From contig CBDCWI010000002.1 in NCBI GenBank assembly GCA_965223325.1, positions 3,744,001-3,808,000 of the forward strand: DNA of 64,000 nucleotides. The letters run 5' to 3'. This document shows, in pieces, positions 19,801-28,912 of the stretch. The notes beneath the pieces were generated by a model. That model saw only the letters and a program-made list of their open reading frames with translations. It was not told the DNA's origin and made no database searches. Both the position numbers and the translations under genes were made by a program. Each line of letters opens with the position of its first letter. Within the stretch, counting starts at the first letter, position 1. The stretch comes from Candidatus Multivoradales bacterium. Lineage in GTDB: Bacteria > Acidobacteriota > Thermoanaerobaculia > Multivoradales > Multivoraceae.

Positions 19801-19960
19801 CCTGGGAGGCAAGCTGCTTGGTGAGCTGCGCCTCGAGGTGCAGAACGTGACCGACAACCAGGATCAGGTCGGCGTGACCAGTCGCGGCGAGGTGCGTCCT
19901 TTGCGGCGCGGTTTCCAACGGCCGCGGCGGATGCGGGTCCTGGCCTCGATCAAGTTCTGA
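16829..19960 (+). CDS. TonB-dependent receptor (Oar-like) with N-terminal carboxypeptidase-regulatory-like domain
   Basis: Signal peptide; GTVTDPSGAPLPGVTV; plug SAEYGRTIG..NVIVKSGTN; GGPLKRDKAWFF; ISPRLSLSYD; terminal Phe. Confidence 0.9.
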   Translation: MKKTLLLIAIALLLSPNVLLADGPETGVVSGTVTDPSGAPLPGVTVTLTGDRGEKSAITENDGAYVFALVTPGDYVVRAVLEGMGEAQSAALVTAGARASIDLKLAPSTSEEITVTSEAPMVDKFNTAAGQTMQSEVGTEVTGENRTYYGVINFMPGVTNDDENADLSSSRPNINGSTWADSTVYIDGVDTTFARYGGSRVFLPSSATTAVSLESGGLSAEYGRTIGSATNVIVKSGTNTFHAEAVYGRTDEEWNSEFDSHPELEQRQSDTRPADFFKRTEQEKASNDNQYEIALGGPLKRDKAWFFISANELNSNRTGKTINGDAVDESGITESRIIKLNFQPTQRQSFSLSWIDTPVFRNFRLEPVYDRYAMTPHDISGELFSLSYNNSLSSKVFLELKLADQTSNENKLLAFGGLDIAAATAVKQQDPRFPANPAGGPAWPGNNFSPYLDGDGWHNGWLLDNGYGLNEFPREQLNLAFTQFAGQNHELKYGLDAQQVEWLGDVRRENLYSGQGDNQFEALSPSGFRNDFSLNPWGVACDFTTGDSCIIQDYNHPALLADLGSNDTKSQNVALYLRDRFTVGDKWVFNFGARVENQVHENDIGREVMDSTDISPRLSLSYDLSGDGSKLISFFAGRSYNQLPQQAINEYLQDQFNGYNGYERRLFLDCAFINCGFGTGAFPAPLGYSVPGSSLGFIRPGGQWDLVDAGVFQSDIEPYHKDEAILGYEWQFSRNWAFDAKGIYWKVDNLIGSTWQLAELNGRLEIFRLTANHGDYPSILNAVREAASPSVQPRLAQADTLAQYREPDRDYKALQLQINRRFSNGWGLFNNVTWSRAGGSSHGDVFNNTNDTYGEQLEQVMTQVDIDNCQARQAARNFPVDCQAAWGPFLGQPLSIINRDGRASFDREIIAKSSGWKVFDLSARQTLTIGGHFTYQSGKPWNRSEGAGGSNITIGDGIPQSTGVSVALEDRGARQIGSHWWVNASAAYGFPLGGKLLGELRLEVQNVTDNQDQVGVTSRGEVRPLRRGFQRPRRMRVLASIKF

Positions 19961-20013
19961 TCTGAGGTAACGGTGCCGCCCCAGCGCAGACTGAGGGCAC
20001 ACCCCGAGGCGAG

Positions 20014-20048
20014 AAGCGCCGGTTCCGTATGGAGCCGGCGCTTTCTTG
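20014..20048 (+). terminator. Rho-independent terminator
   Basis: AAGCGCCGGTTCC-GTAT-GGAGCCGGCGCTT stem followed by TCTT, between convergent genes. Confidence 0.75.
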
Positions 20049-20064
20049 ATGGCGCGAACGAACC

Positions 20065-21513
20065 TCAGCGTTCGGGCGGACGGAAGCGGCGCGGGCGCTC
20101 GAGAAACTTCCAGTACTCCTGCGGCACCGTGAACTTGTCTGGCTGGTGGCGCGTGCCGCGCACGCACACATAGGGGAAGTACTCGGCCTCGAAAGTGCGT
20201 GGGTAGATGTGCCCGGCGCGGACATAGAACGACAGCGCGTAGTCCGACCCCTGCAGGCTCGCACTCCACATGCAGCAGCCGTCGAGTGACAAGAGCGCCG
20301 CCAGGCGCTCGGGGTGGTTGTCGTCGTAGAGCAAGTTGATCTCGTCGATGTCGGCGAGGCGCCAGTCGCGGTGGCCGTCGCGTTCGAGTTGCTCACAGCG
20401 TTCAACGGCAAGGCCGTGATGGACGGGCTCCGGTGCCCTGGGATCAGCGGGTGCTGGTGTCCAGGTAAGGCCCGTGTGCAGGTCTTCGACGAGACCGCTG
20501 GCAAGGCGGCGAAAACGGTCGTCGCTATCGATGACTACGGCGGGGTCACCAGCCTCGAGCGTGCGCTCGAGAAGCGCGGTGGTGCCTGCCAGTGAGAGCA
20601 CCAGGAGGCTCGCGGAGTCGTTCTGCCACGTCTCGGTGGCGAGAGTGAGTTGTTCGCCGAAGGTGAGCTGGCCGGCGTGGTTGCCATCGATGAGGACCTG
20701 GCAGGGGATCTCAGCCCGAATTGTCACGCCCGTGCGCGTGGCGGTTGCGGCCGACCGGTTGGCTTCGCCTGGCTTGTCGTCGCTCCCGCAGTGCAACGTC
20801 AAGCGGCGGTCGTGGCGCGCCATGATCAGAGGCTCCCTCCACTCCACCGGCTCACATCCCTCGTGGATCGCGCGCAGGCCAAGGGTCGCGGGCCGGCTTG
20901 TGGGGTCGGGCCTGACCTGACGAAGAACGAGTGCGCCGTTCTCATCGGTGGTGCCGAGATCCTCATCGGTACGCGTTGAGGCAATGCGGACGCCGGCGAG
21001 ACGGTTGCCATGGTCGTCTGACACTTCGATCTCGAGGTCGTGGGCGCGACCTCGAGGCAAAGCATCTTCACCGCAGCGACTCCGCGGGTCACGCCCCAGG
21101 GTGTCGATGTTGTTCGATTCATCGGCTTCGCTGACCTCGTTCTCAGTGTCGAGGCTGATCACCAGGTGGTGCAGGCCTGGCCCAGCGAGTTCAACGCTCG
21201 GGAACCACAGCCGGCCCTCACCGCCGGCGGCCAGACCGGGGTGACGGGCGACGTAAGGCTCGCTCTGCCAGCCACCGCGCGTGATGCGAAGCTCGACAGC
21301 GAAGCCCGGCGCGGCTTCCTCGCCAACGTTGGCGAAGCGCGCCCCAACGCGGTTGCAGTCTCCGATCTGCGAGAGACCGATGGTGTGAATCTCGCGAACA
21401 ACCAGGTCGGGCTGCTCCGCCTGGAGGGGCGCGGCGCCGAAGGCGACCGCCTGCGCCAGGGCAAGAAGCCCTGTCGTCAAAGCGACGGATGCTGCGCTCT
21501 GAGAGAGGGTCAT
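20065..21513 (-). CDS. Secreted CARDB + DUF1566 (Lcl C-terminal-like) domain protein
   Basis: Signal peptide; PDLVV...NVG...DTENEVSEADESNN CARDB motif; VEDLHTGLTW...DWRLADIDE...WS...VCVR DUF1566 motif. Confidence 0.7.
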   Translation of the reverse strand: MTLSQSAASVALTTGLLALAQAVAFGAAPLQAEQPDLVVREIHTIGLSQIGDCNRVGARFANVGEEAAPGFAVELRITRGGWQSEPYVARHPGLAAGGEGRLWFPSVELAGPGLHHLVISLDTENEVSEADESNNIDTLGRDPRSRCGEDALPRGRAHDLEIEVSDDHGNRLAGVRIASTRTDEDLGTTDENGALVLRQVRPDPTSRPATLGLRAIHEGCEPVEWREPLIMARHDRRLTLHCGSDDKPGEANRSAATATRTGVTIRAEIPCQVLIDGNHAGQLTFGEQLTLATETWQNDSASLLVLSLAGTTALLERTLEAGDPAVVIDSDDRFRRLASGLVEDLHTGLTWTPAPADPRAPEPVHHGLAVERCEQLERDGHRDWRLADIDEINLLYDDNHPERLAALLSLDGCCMWSASLQGSDYALSFYVRAGHIYPRTFEAEYFPYVCVRGTRHQPDKFTVPQEYWKFLERPRRFRPPER

Positions 21514-21752
21514 GCGAGGAACTCTAATGCTCTCGGAAAGCACCGCCCAGAAGCACCGCTGCATGCTTCTACCGAACGGTTGGTTGGTGCGCTAGAATCA
21601 CCCTTCACCTTGGACTGATTCAAGCAACCCGGGACGGCGTGGGAGCGCTCTGAGCGGCACTCTCTGAGCGCCACTCTGAGCAAGACGACGAGCAGCCAGC
21701 TCTCCGTCGGCGGGACACTGGACGCTCTCGAAAAGCTCTGGAGACAACGACG

Positions 21753-24011
21753 ATGGACGTTTTGAAAGCGCAGATCGAACAGGCCGGGCAGTGGTTCGAA
21801 CGGGACCGCTTCCGTGGAATCCAACGACTCTACTCAGCACGCCAGGTCGCCGAGCAGCAAGGTGCGATCAGTGCCGACTACACGGTTGCGCGCGAGGCCG
21901 CCGAGGCTTTCTACAGCCGCCTTCGCGAGCTCTTCGACGCCAAGAAGTCGATCACCACCTTCGGCCCCTACACCCCGGGTCAAGCGGTCACCATGAAGCG
22001 GCTCGGGATCGAGGGCATCTACCTCGGTGGTTGGGCAACGTCTGCCAAGGGCTCGCGCGATGAGGACCCGGGCGCCGACCTCGCCAGCTATCCGCTCAGC
22101 CAGGTACCGGACGAGGCCGCACCCATCGTGCGCGCCCTGCTCGCCGCTGATCGCAACCAGCACTTCGCGCGCGCCCGCATGACTGGAGCCGAGCGCGCGG
22201 CGACTCCGGTCGCCGACTTCCGGCCGTTCATCATCGCCGATGCGGATACCGGCCATGGCGGAGATGCCCACGTGCGCAACCTGGTACGCCGTTTCGTCGA
22301 GGCGGGTGTTCCCGGCTATCACATCGAAGACCAGAAGCCCGGTCTCAAGAAGTGTGGCCATCAGGGCGGCAAGGTCCTGGTGTCGATCGAGGAGCAGATC
22401 AAGCGCCTGAGCGCTGCCCGCCTACAGCTCGACGTCATGCGGGTGCCGGGCATCATCGTGGCCCGCACCGACGCCGAGGCAGCGTCTCTGCTCGACAACA
22501 ACTCTGACGAGCGCGACCACCCCTTCATTCTCGGCGTCACCAACGGTGATGTGCCGAGCTACCGCGCTACTACCTTGACCATTCTGCGCGCCATGGCCGA
22601 AGCCGGCGTTGACGAGATATTCGGTCACAACCTCTACAGCACATCGCCGGCCGACGCCGAGGCAGCCGAACAGTGGCTGAACAAGCATGGCATCGACGAG
22701 CTCATCAAGGAGAATGCCTCCGCCTGGAAGAGTGATCCTGATCTCGGCGCGGACAAGGCGCTCAACACAGTGCTCGATCGCTTCGTCGAGGTATGGCAGG
22801 AGGATGCCGGCCTGGTTACCTTCCCGACTGCGGTTGCCAACGTGCTCGAGCAGCGCATCGGAGCGGGCGAAGAAGTTGGAATCTCGGTTTCAGACTGGCG
22901 TCAGTTGGCCGGCGGGGTGTCGTTCTTCGAGGCGCGTGAGAAGGCGCGCTCTCTAGGCGTTGATATTCATTGGGATTGGGAGCGCGCGCGCACTCCCGAG
23001 GGCTTCTACCAGATCGAGAGCGGCATTCCCTACGCCACTGCCAAGTCGCTGGCGGTCGCACCCTTCTGCGACATCCTGTGGATGGAGACCAAGACCGCCG
23101 ACCTGCACGAGGCGAAGATCTTCCAGGAGGCGATCCACAAGGTCTATCCCGACAAGATGCTGGCCTACAACCTCTCGCCGTCGTTCAACTGGGACACCAC
23201 CGGCATGAGCGATGCGGAGATGACCCGCTTCCCTGAAGAGCTCGGCAAGCTCGGTTTCGTCTTCAACTTCATTACCTATGGCGGCCACCAGGTCGACGGC
23301 ATGGCTGGCGGTGAGTTCGCCCGTGCCCTCATCGAAGACGGCATGCTGGCCCTCGCTCGCCTGCAGCGTAAGCTGCGCCTCGTCGAGTCGCCCTACAAGA
23401 CGCCACAGACTCTCGTGGGCGGTCCGCGTCTGGACGGTGCCCTCATGGCGGCCTCTGGGCGCACCGCGACCACCAAGGCGATGGGTAAGGGCTCAACCCA
23501 GTTCCAGCACGTCATGCAGACCGAGGTGCCTACCAAGCTGCTCGAAGAGTGGCTGGACTACTGGACCGACCACTACGACCTCGACACCACGCTCGGCATT
23601 CTCCTGCGGCCAGCAACCGCTGGCCACGAGCTTCTCGAACTCAGCGTGACGTCGCCGTCCGGTGACCGCGAGGCGAACGTTGTTTTTCAACCGATGGAAG
23701 ACCGTCAGGGCAAGCGCATCCTGTCGGTGCGTGATCAGAACACCTTCGATGAGAAGTTGCGCAAGAAGCGTTTGATGACCCTCACCCACCTGTGGCTCAT
23801 CCACCGCTACCGCGCCGACCAGGTGCACTACGTGTCACCAACGGAAGACAACCAGTACCAGACGCAGAAGATGAAGGCGCACGGCCTATTCGGCGACGTC
23901 TACGACGAGGTCGGCCAGATCATCGTGGCGAGTGTCGACCAGGAGCGCGTCGCCGAGCTGCTGGCGGCCGATCGTAAGGCGCTCGGCAAGCTCATTCGCA
24001 AAGAAGCCTAA
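21753..24011 (+). CDS. aceA: Isocitrate lyase, long ICL2 type
   Basis: [22 protein letters not shown], catalytic [23 protein letters not shown]; 752 aa with the ICL2 C-terminal extension. Confidence 0.95.
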   Translation: MDVLKAQIEQAGQWFERDRFRGIQRLYSARQVAEQQGAISADYTVAREAAEAFYSRLRELFDAKKSITTFGPYTPGQAVTMKRLGIEGIYLGGWATSAKGSRDEDPGADLASYPLSQVPDEAAPIVRALLAADRNQHFARARMTGAERAATPVADFRPFIIADADTGHGGDAHVRNLVRRFVEAGVPGYHIEDQKPGLKKCGHQGGKVLVSIEEQIKRLSAARLQLDVMRVPGIIVARTDAEAASLLDNNSDERDHPFILGVTNGDVPSYRATTLTILRAMAEAGVDEIFGHNLYSTSPADAEAAEQWLNKHGIDELIKENASAWKSDPDLGADKALNTVLDRFVEVWQEDAGLVTFPTAVANVLEQRIGAGEEVGISVSDWRQLAGGVSFFEAREKARSLGVDIHWDWERARTPEGFYQIESGIPYATAKSLAVAPFCDILWMETKTADLHEAKIFQEAIHKVYPDKMLAYNLSPSFNWDTTGMSDAEMTRFPEELGKLGFVFNFITYGGHQVDGMAGGEFARALIEDGMLALARLQRKLRLVESPYKTPQTLVGGPRLDGALMAASGRTATTKAMGKGSTQFQHVMQTEVPTKLLEEWLDYWTDHYDLDTTLGILLRPATAGHELLELSVTSPSGDREANVVFQPMEDRQGKRILSVRDQNTFDEKLRKKRLMTLTHLWLIHRYRADQVHYVSPTEDNQYQTQKMKAHGLFGDVYDEVGQIIVASVDQERVAELLAADRKALGKLIRKEA

Positions 24012-24017
24012 GCGGCT

Positions 24018-25586
24018 TCAGGGCTCCTCGGTCGCTTCGTCAGTCGTTACCTCAGCGGGCGGTTCGGACGAGTCCCGGGTCGGCAGTTCCTGGTCTGTGC
24101 GGCCGCCCTCCAGGTGGATCAAGCGATCGACCGGTGCGTAGGCGTCGGTCAGGATGAGCAGCTCGTTGGTGTCCAGGTCAACCTCGAACAGGCGGCTGGC
24201 AACCTCGGTGAATGGCGGGTTGAACGCCATCCGGGCGTCGAGCTCCCGAGCGCGGTCGGTCAGCATCTCCCGAGTCGCACGAACTGGTCGATCGGTGCCG
24301 ATCAAAACGCTGTTGGAGGTCTGTGGCACGTCGAAGAGATATGTATGCCGATAGACCTCACCAATGGTTGCGTAGAGCGCTTCGGTAAACGGGTTCTTGA
24401 GGCCGGCGGCGAAGTTGACCATCAAGACACCGTCGTCGTTCAGGCGTTCTCGGGTGAGTTGGAAGAACTCGAGGGTGGTGTTCTGGAAGGGGACTGAAAG
24501 GCCGAGGTAGGTGTCGCAGAAGATCAAGTCCCACTTGCGACCGGCCGCTTCGGCCAGGTAGCGGCGCCCGTCCTGGATGTGGAGGCGCCGGGTCGGCCCA
24601 GGTTCGAACCCCATCCATTCCTGTGCCTCCTCGGCTACGGCGGGGTCGATCTCGATGAAGTCGATTTCGAGATCAGGCAAGCGCTTCTGCACGTAGCGCC
24701 CGAACGTTCCGGCGCCGAGGCCGAGGACCACGGCGCTCTCGGGCGAATCGTCGAAGAGCAGGGAAGCGATGGAGTAGCGCGGGTAGATGAGAGCGGGCTC
24801 GAGCGTATCGAGCCAGATCGCCGACTGAAGTTGCCCGTCGCTGGTGAGGATGCGGCGCCCGCTGCGTTCTCTGATCTCGAGCGTCTGGTAGGGCGTAATG
24901 CGGTTGACCAGGCGCTCGCTGCCGGCCTTTTCGCGCGGTGGGCCGATGATCGCGAAGGCGAGCAAGAGGGCGGTGAGTGCAAAGGCGAAGTGATGTTCGG
25001 AGAACTTGCCGCTCATCGCAACGGCGGCCGTCAGGGCGGTGGCACCCAGAAGAAGGCCGAGAATGGTGTCGAGTTCGAGCCAGGGAATCAAGACGAAGGT
25101 CGCGCCCAGCGAACCCAAGAGGCTGCCGGCGCTCGAGAGAGCATAGAGGCGTCCGGCGACATTGCCGAGCTGTTCGAGGTCTCGGGCGGCTAGCCTTACC
25201 GCATACGGTGAAACCGTCGCCAAGAGCACCGTCACCGGCCCGAAGAGGAAGGTCGATGCGAGCAGCGGCCCGTAGCGCGTCGAGCCAGCCCAGCCCCCTA
25301 CCCACTCTGCCATCGGTCGGGCTCCGTAGAGAAGAACGGCGAGCGCCACTCCGGCGAGGGCTAGCAGCTGCCCTACCGCTTCCAGGGTTGGGCGCCGATC
25401 GGCAAGGTGGCCGCCGAGCACATAGCCGAGCGCTAGGGCACCCAGAAAGACACTGATGACCGAGCCCCAGACATAGACACTCGATCCGAAGATCGGCGAG
25501 AGGATTCGCGCCGAGAGGATCTCGAGCGCCATGATGATCGCACCCGCGGCGGTGACCACCCAGTAGAAGCGCAGTTTGGCAAGCAT
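24018..25586 (-). CDS. Fused MFS-like/spermidine synthase-like methyltransferase
   Basis: N-terminal TM block (ALEILSARILSPIFGSSVYVW) plus VLGLGAG, EIDP, DGRRY SAM-binding motifs. Confidence 0.88.
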   Translation of the reverse strand: MLAKLRFYWVVTAAGAIIMALEILSARILSPIFGSSVYVWGSVISVFLGALALGYVLGGHLADRRPTLEAVGQLLALAGVALAVLLYGARPMAEWVGGWAGSTRYGPLLASTFLFGPVTVLLATVSPYAVRLAARDLEQLGNVAGRLYALSSAGSLLGSLGATFVLIPWLELDTILGLLLGATALTAAVAMSGKFSEHHFAFALTALLLAFAIIGPPREKAGSERLVNRITPYQTLEIRERSGRRILTSDGQLQSAIWLDTLEPALIYPRYSIASLLFDDSPESAVVLGLGAGTFGRYVQKRLPDLEIDFIEIDPAVAEEAQEWMGFEPGPTRRLHIQDGRRYLAEAAGRKWDLIFCDTYLGLSVPFQNTTLEFFQLTRERLNDDGVLMVNFAAGLKNPFTEALYATIGEVYRHTYLFDVPQTSNSVLIGTDRPVRATREMLTDRARELDARMAFNPPFTEVASRLFEVDLDTNELLILTDAYAPVDRLIHLEGGRTDQELPTRDSSEPPAEVTTDEATEEP

Positions 25587-25597
25587 GGTCGGCAGGC

Positions 25598-27562
25598 CTA
25601 CATGCGAGCCGGCTCGGGGACGCCGAGCAGGCCGCAGAGTTCTCGGAGCCCGCGCTGGAAGATCTGGGTCGCTCCGAGTCGCACCGCGCGCAGGCGCTCA
25701 TCCTCCTCGTGCAGGATGTTGTGCTTGTTGTAGACGCCGTGGAATGCCTGCGCCAATTCGAAAGCATGGCGCGCGAGGAGCGAGATCTCGAGCGTGGCGG
25801 CGGCGCGTTCGACTGTCTCGCCGATGCGTGCTGCGGTCAAGACGAGGTCCCACAGGTCGTCAGACCATAGTTCCCGTGAACCCTCGAGGTCCGCGGCTGC
25901 CACCTCTGAGTCGATACCGGCGGCCTCGAGCTTGCGTTGGATGTTCTTGGCACGGACCAGCGAATACTGGAGGTATGGCCCGGAATCCCCCTCGAAACTC
26001 ATGGCTTCGTCGAGGTCGAAGGCGATCACCCGGGTCGTCGTCGCGCGGGTCATGAAGTAGCGCAGGGCGGCCACCGAAATCTGCCGCGCCAGCTCCGTCA
26101 CATCGTCCTCGGACAAGGCGTCGTTCGGGCGCTCTTCCTGGCGCTTTCCGATCTCAGAGCGGCTGTGAGCGATGAGCTGGTCGAGCAGGTCATCGGCCTT
26201 GACGCCGATTCCTTTGCGGCCCGACATCTCGAGCGACGCTTTCTCGCCGTCAGCTTCGGCTTCGGTATCGAGGAAGCCGAGCTTCTCTGCAGTTGCTCGC
26301 GACAGAGAGACCATCTCGTAGGCGAAGTGCACACTGCGCTCGGCCTCATCGTGATGACCGAGTGCCTGAAGACCTGCCTTGACGATCTTCTGCAGGTAGC
26401 TCTGCCGGGCGTCAATCACGTTTACCACCCGGTACGCGCCGCCGAACTCAGGCGGTGTGCCTGCTTTGGGGTGGTTGGTTTCCCAGAGCGAATCTCTCGC
26501 CCGCGCCGGTGGGAAAGGGCGGTACTCGAAGTCTCGCCCCAGCAACCCGAACTTCCACAGTTGGTAGGCAATGTCCTTGCCGACGTAGGTGACCGTACCG
26601 TCGGAGCGCACGATGACCTTGTCTGGGTCTTCGAGCCCCTGGAACTCCTCCGACTCAGAGAGCGGCATGACCCAGCAGCCCCTGTTCTTGCCATCGGTCT
26701 CGAGGCGCACGGCACCGCTTTCTTTGAGGCGCTCGAACGCGGCGCTCCAGAAGTCGAGGCGCAGGATCTCGCTCTCGCGGGTCAGCACGTCGTAGCCGAT
26801 GTCGAGGCGCGCCATGGTCGCAAGATGGCACTCGACGATGCGTCGAGCGACCATGCGGCCGAGCTCGGCGCGCTCGCCTTCACCGGCCTCGAGCTGGTGC
26901 AGGGTGCTGCGTCGCAGTTCGCGCCTCGTTTCGTCTTCTTCGTACCATCGCCCGACCTCGGAGTACAGGTCCCAGCAGTAGTAGTCGAAGGGTGCTGGCA
27001 CTTCGGCCACCTCGTCAGCGGTCATACCGCGCAGGTCGAGGAAGCCCACCACGACGTCGGCAACCTGGACGCCGGTGTCATCGATGTAGTTCTGGATCTC
27101 AGTTGGGTGACCGAGGCGTCGAAAGGAGCGCACCAGGACATCGCCTAGAACGGCGTTCCGCAAGTGGCCGATGTGGGCCGCTTTGTTGGGGTTGATGTTG
27201 GTGTGTTCGACGACGACCTTCTTCTGCCGGTCGTTGGCGGCGACAAACTCTGTGCCGAGCATCTCGCTCGCAAACCGCTCGCGGTTCAAGAAGACATTCA
27301 GGTAGCCGGGTCCTTCAACGGTGACGCGCTCGATGGACGGGTCCTCGGCGAAGCGTTTCAGGAGGACCTCGTGGGTGCGCATGGCGATTTCGCGGGGCGC
27401 CTTCCTCAGTTCTTTCGCCAGGTGGAGCGGCGTGGGCGAAGCGAGATCGCCGAGCTCTCGACGGGGTGGAACCTCGATGAGCGGACTCTGCTGGATGCCC
27501 CAGGCCTCCTCTAGAGCGTCCTGGATCTCTCCCGCGATACGGGCTTTCACACGGTCGAGCAT
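25598..27562 (-). CDS. argS: Arginyl-tRNA synthetase
   Basis: EHTNINPNKAAHIGHLRNA (HIGH), RSDGTVTY, MSGRKG, FEGDSGPYLQY. Confidence 0.97.
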   Translation of the reverse strand: MLDRVKARIAGEIQDALEEAWGIQQSPLIEVPPRRELGDLASPTPLHLAKELRKAPREIAMRTHEVLLKRFAEDPSIERVTVEGPGYLNVFLNRERFASEMLGTEFVAANDRQKKVVVEHTNINPNKAAHIGHLRNAVLGDVLVRSFRRLGHPTEIQNYIDDTGVQVADVVVGFLDLRGMTADEVAEVPAPFDYYCWDLYSEVGRWYEEDETRRELRRSTLHQLEAGEGERAELGRMVARRIVECHLATMARLDIGYDVLTRESEILRLDFWSAAFERLKESGAVRLETDGKNRGCWVMPLSESEEFQGLEDPDKVIVRSDGTVTYVGKDIAYQLWKFGLLGRDFEYRPFPPARARDSLWETNHPKAGTPPEFGGAYRVVNVIDARQSYLQKIVKAGLQALGHHDEAERSVHFAYEMVSLSRATAEKLGFLDTEAEADGEKASLEMSGRKGIGVKADDLLDQLIAHSRSEIGKRQEERPNDALSEDDVTELARQISVAALRYFMTRATTTRVIAFDLDEAMSFEGDSGPYLQYSLVRAKNIQRKLEAAGIDSEVAAADLEGSRELWSDDLWDLVLTAARIGETVERAAATLEISLLARHAFELAQAFHGVYNKHNILHEEDERLRAVRLGATQIFQRGLRELCGLLGVPEPARM

Positions 27563-27762
27563 GGCGGCGGGAGCATATACCACGAATTCTATTCCCGCCT
27601 GGCCGGTCGGTAAGTCGCCCGGATCGGCCTAAGCGCTTTATTCTCAGCTAGTTAGCAATATTCCCCCGTCGAGTCTCTCGCAGCGAGGTAGCGAAGTGCG
27701 CTAAAATACGCCTTCCGGACACACAACGGCACTGGGAAAGGAGAGGCGCCCTGGCTGTCAAG

Positions 27763-28278
27763 ATGAATGACACCCTCCTCGAATTGATCGAGGGTGATAT
27801 CACTGAACTCGAAGTAGAAGCGATCGTTAATCCCAACAACGATAGGTTGAAGAACGCCTCTGGAGTCGGCGCGAAGATCAAGCAGAAGGGTGGTCCAACC
27901 ATCCAGAAGGAATGTGACCGCATCGGCGGGAGCGAAGTCGGCACAGCGGTCATGACTGGTGCAGGCGAGCTGACCGTCAAGCAGGTGATTCACGCCGTCG
28001 GCCCCACCATGGGCGAGGGCGATGAAGATCGCAAGCTCGCATCAGCGGTGCGTTCTTCGCTGGCCCTTGCAGACCGCAACGGCCTGCGCTCGATCGCCAT
28101 TCCGGCGATCTCGACCGATGGTTCGGGCTTCCCGCTCGACCGGTGTGCGCGCATTCTCCTCACCGAGGTGCATCGCTACCTGCAGGGCGGTACCAAGCTC
28201 GAGAAGGTCGTCGTCTGCCTGCACGACAACGATGAGTACAAGACCTTCCGCAAGGAGCTCCGTCGCGGTTTCCGATAG
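27763..28278 (+). CDS. Macro domain protein (divergent active-site loops)
   Basis: GDITELEVEAIVN, TGAGEL..KQVIHAVGP, SIAIPAIST. Confidence 0.9.
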   Translation: MNDTLLELIEGDITELEVEAIVNPNNDRLKNASGVGAKIKQKGGPTIQKECDRIGGSEVGTAVMTGAGELTVKQVIHAVGPTMGEGDEDRKLASAVRSSLALADRNGLRSIAIPAISTDGSGFPLDRCARILLTEVHRYLQGGTKLEKVVVCLHDNDEYKTFRKELRRGFR

Positions 28279-28312
28279 AAGCTTCCCGAGGTTTTAGAGG
28301 AGCAGGACCTCA

Positions 28313-28350
28313 GATGCCCCCTTTGGTGACATAGGGGGCATCGTTGTTTC
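28313..28350. terminator. Hairpin terminator between convergent genes
   Basis: GATGCCCCCT...AGGGGGCATC stem followed by GTTGTTT. Confidence 0.65.
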
Positions 28351-28386
28351 TGGCCTCAACGGCCGGGGCGTTTGGTCGACCCCGGC

Positions 28387-28725
28387 CTACCTGAACTTGG
28401 ACTCCTTGCCGAGATCCTTGACCAGAAGGTAGTAGAACACCGGGCGAAGCTTGTGGCGGTTCGACGGGCCGATCTTCTTGATCGCCTTGGCGATTGCTCT
28501 GTCGAGCTTTGCGTCGTTCTTACAGCCGAGCTTCTTGATCAGAAAGTTCTTCTTGATCGTTTCGAGCTCGGACTTCTGGCCCGCAGCAACGGTTCGTGAG
28601 TCGCGCCTGTAGAGCGACGGGCCAAGCGACTTGGCGATGTTCCTAAGCAGAGCTTCGTTGCAAGGGATCTTGCAGGCTTTCATTTGCGCCTTGCACGACG
28701 CCACGGCGTTGTCGAGTTTGCTCAT
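28387..28725 (-). CDS. DUF2853 family protein
   Basis: LGPSLYRRDS..V...SELETIKKNFLIKKLG...NRHKLRPVFYYLL motif. Confidence 0.85.
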   Translation of the reverse strand: MSKLDNAVASCKAQMKACKIPCNEALLRNIAKSLGPSLYRRDSRTVAAGQKSELETIKKNFLIKKLGCKNDAKLDRAIAKAIKKIGPSNRHKLRPVFYYLLVKDLGKESKFR

Positions 28726-28912
28726 GATGAGTCTCCATCGTGATTTGGTTGTGGGGAGAGTGCAGGGACATCGAGTCTCTCCGGGAGAACAGCAGTGCTC
28801 CAGCGCTCGACGTCTCGGGATCTTCAGCAGCCTACAGGGAGTGCCGGGCTGAAGACAGCATCTCATGGTGAAGGGGCGAAGACGCTCCCGAGGTCGGACA
28901 CGAGGTTCCGCC

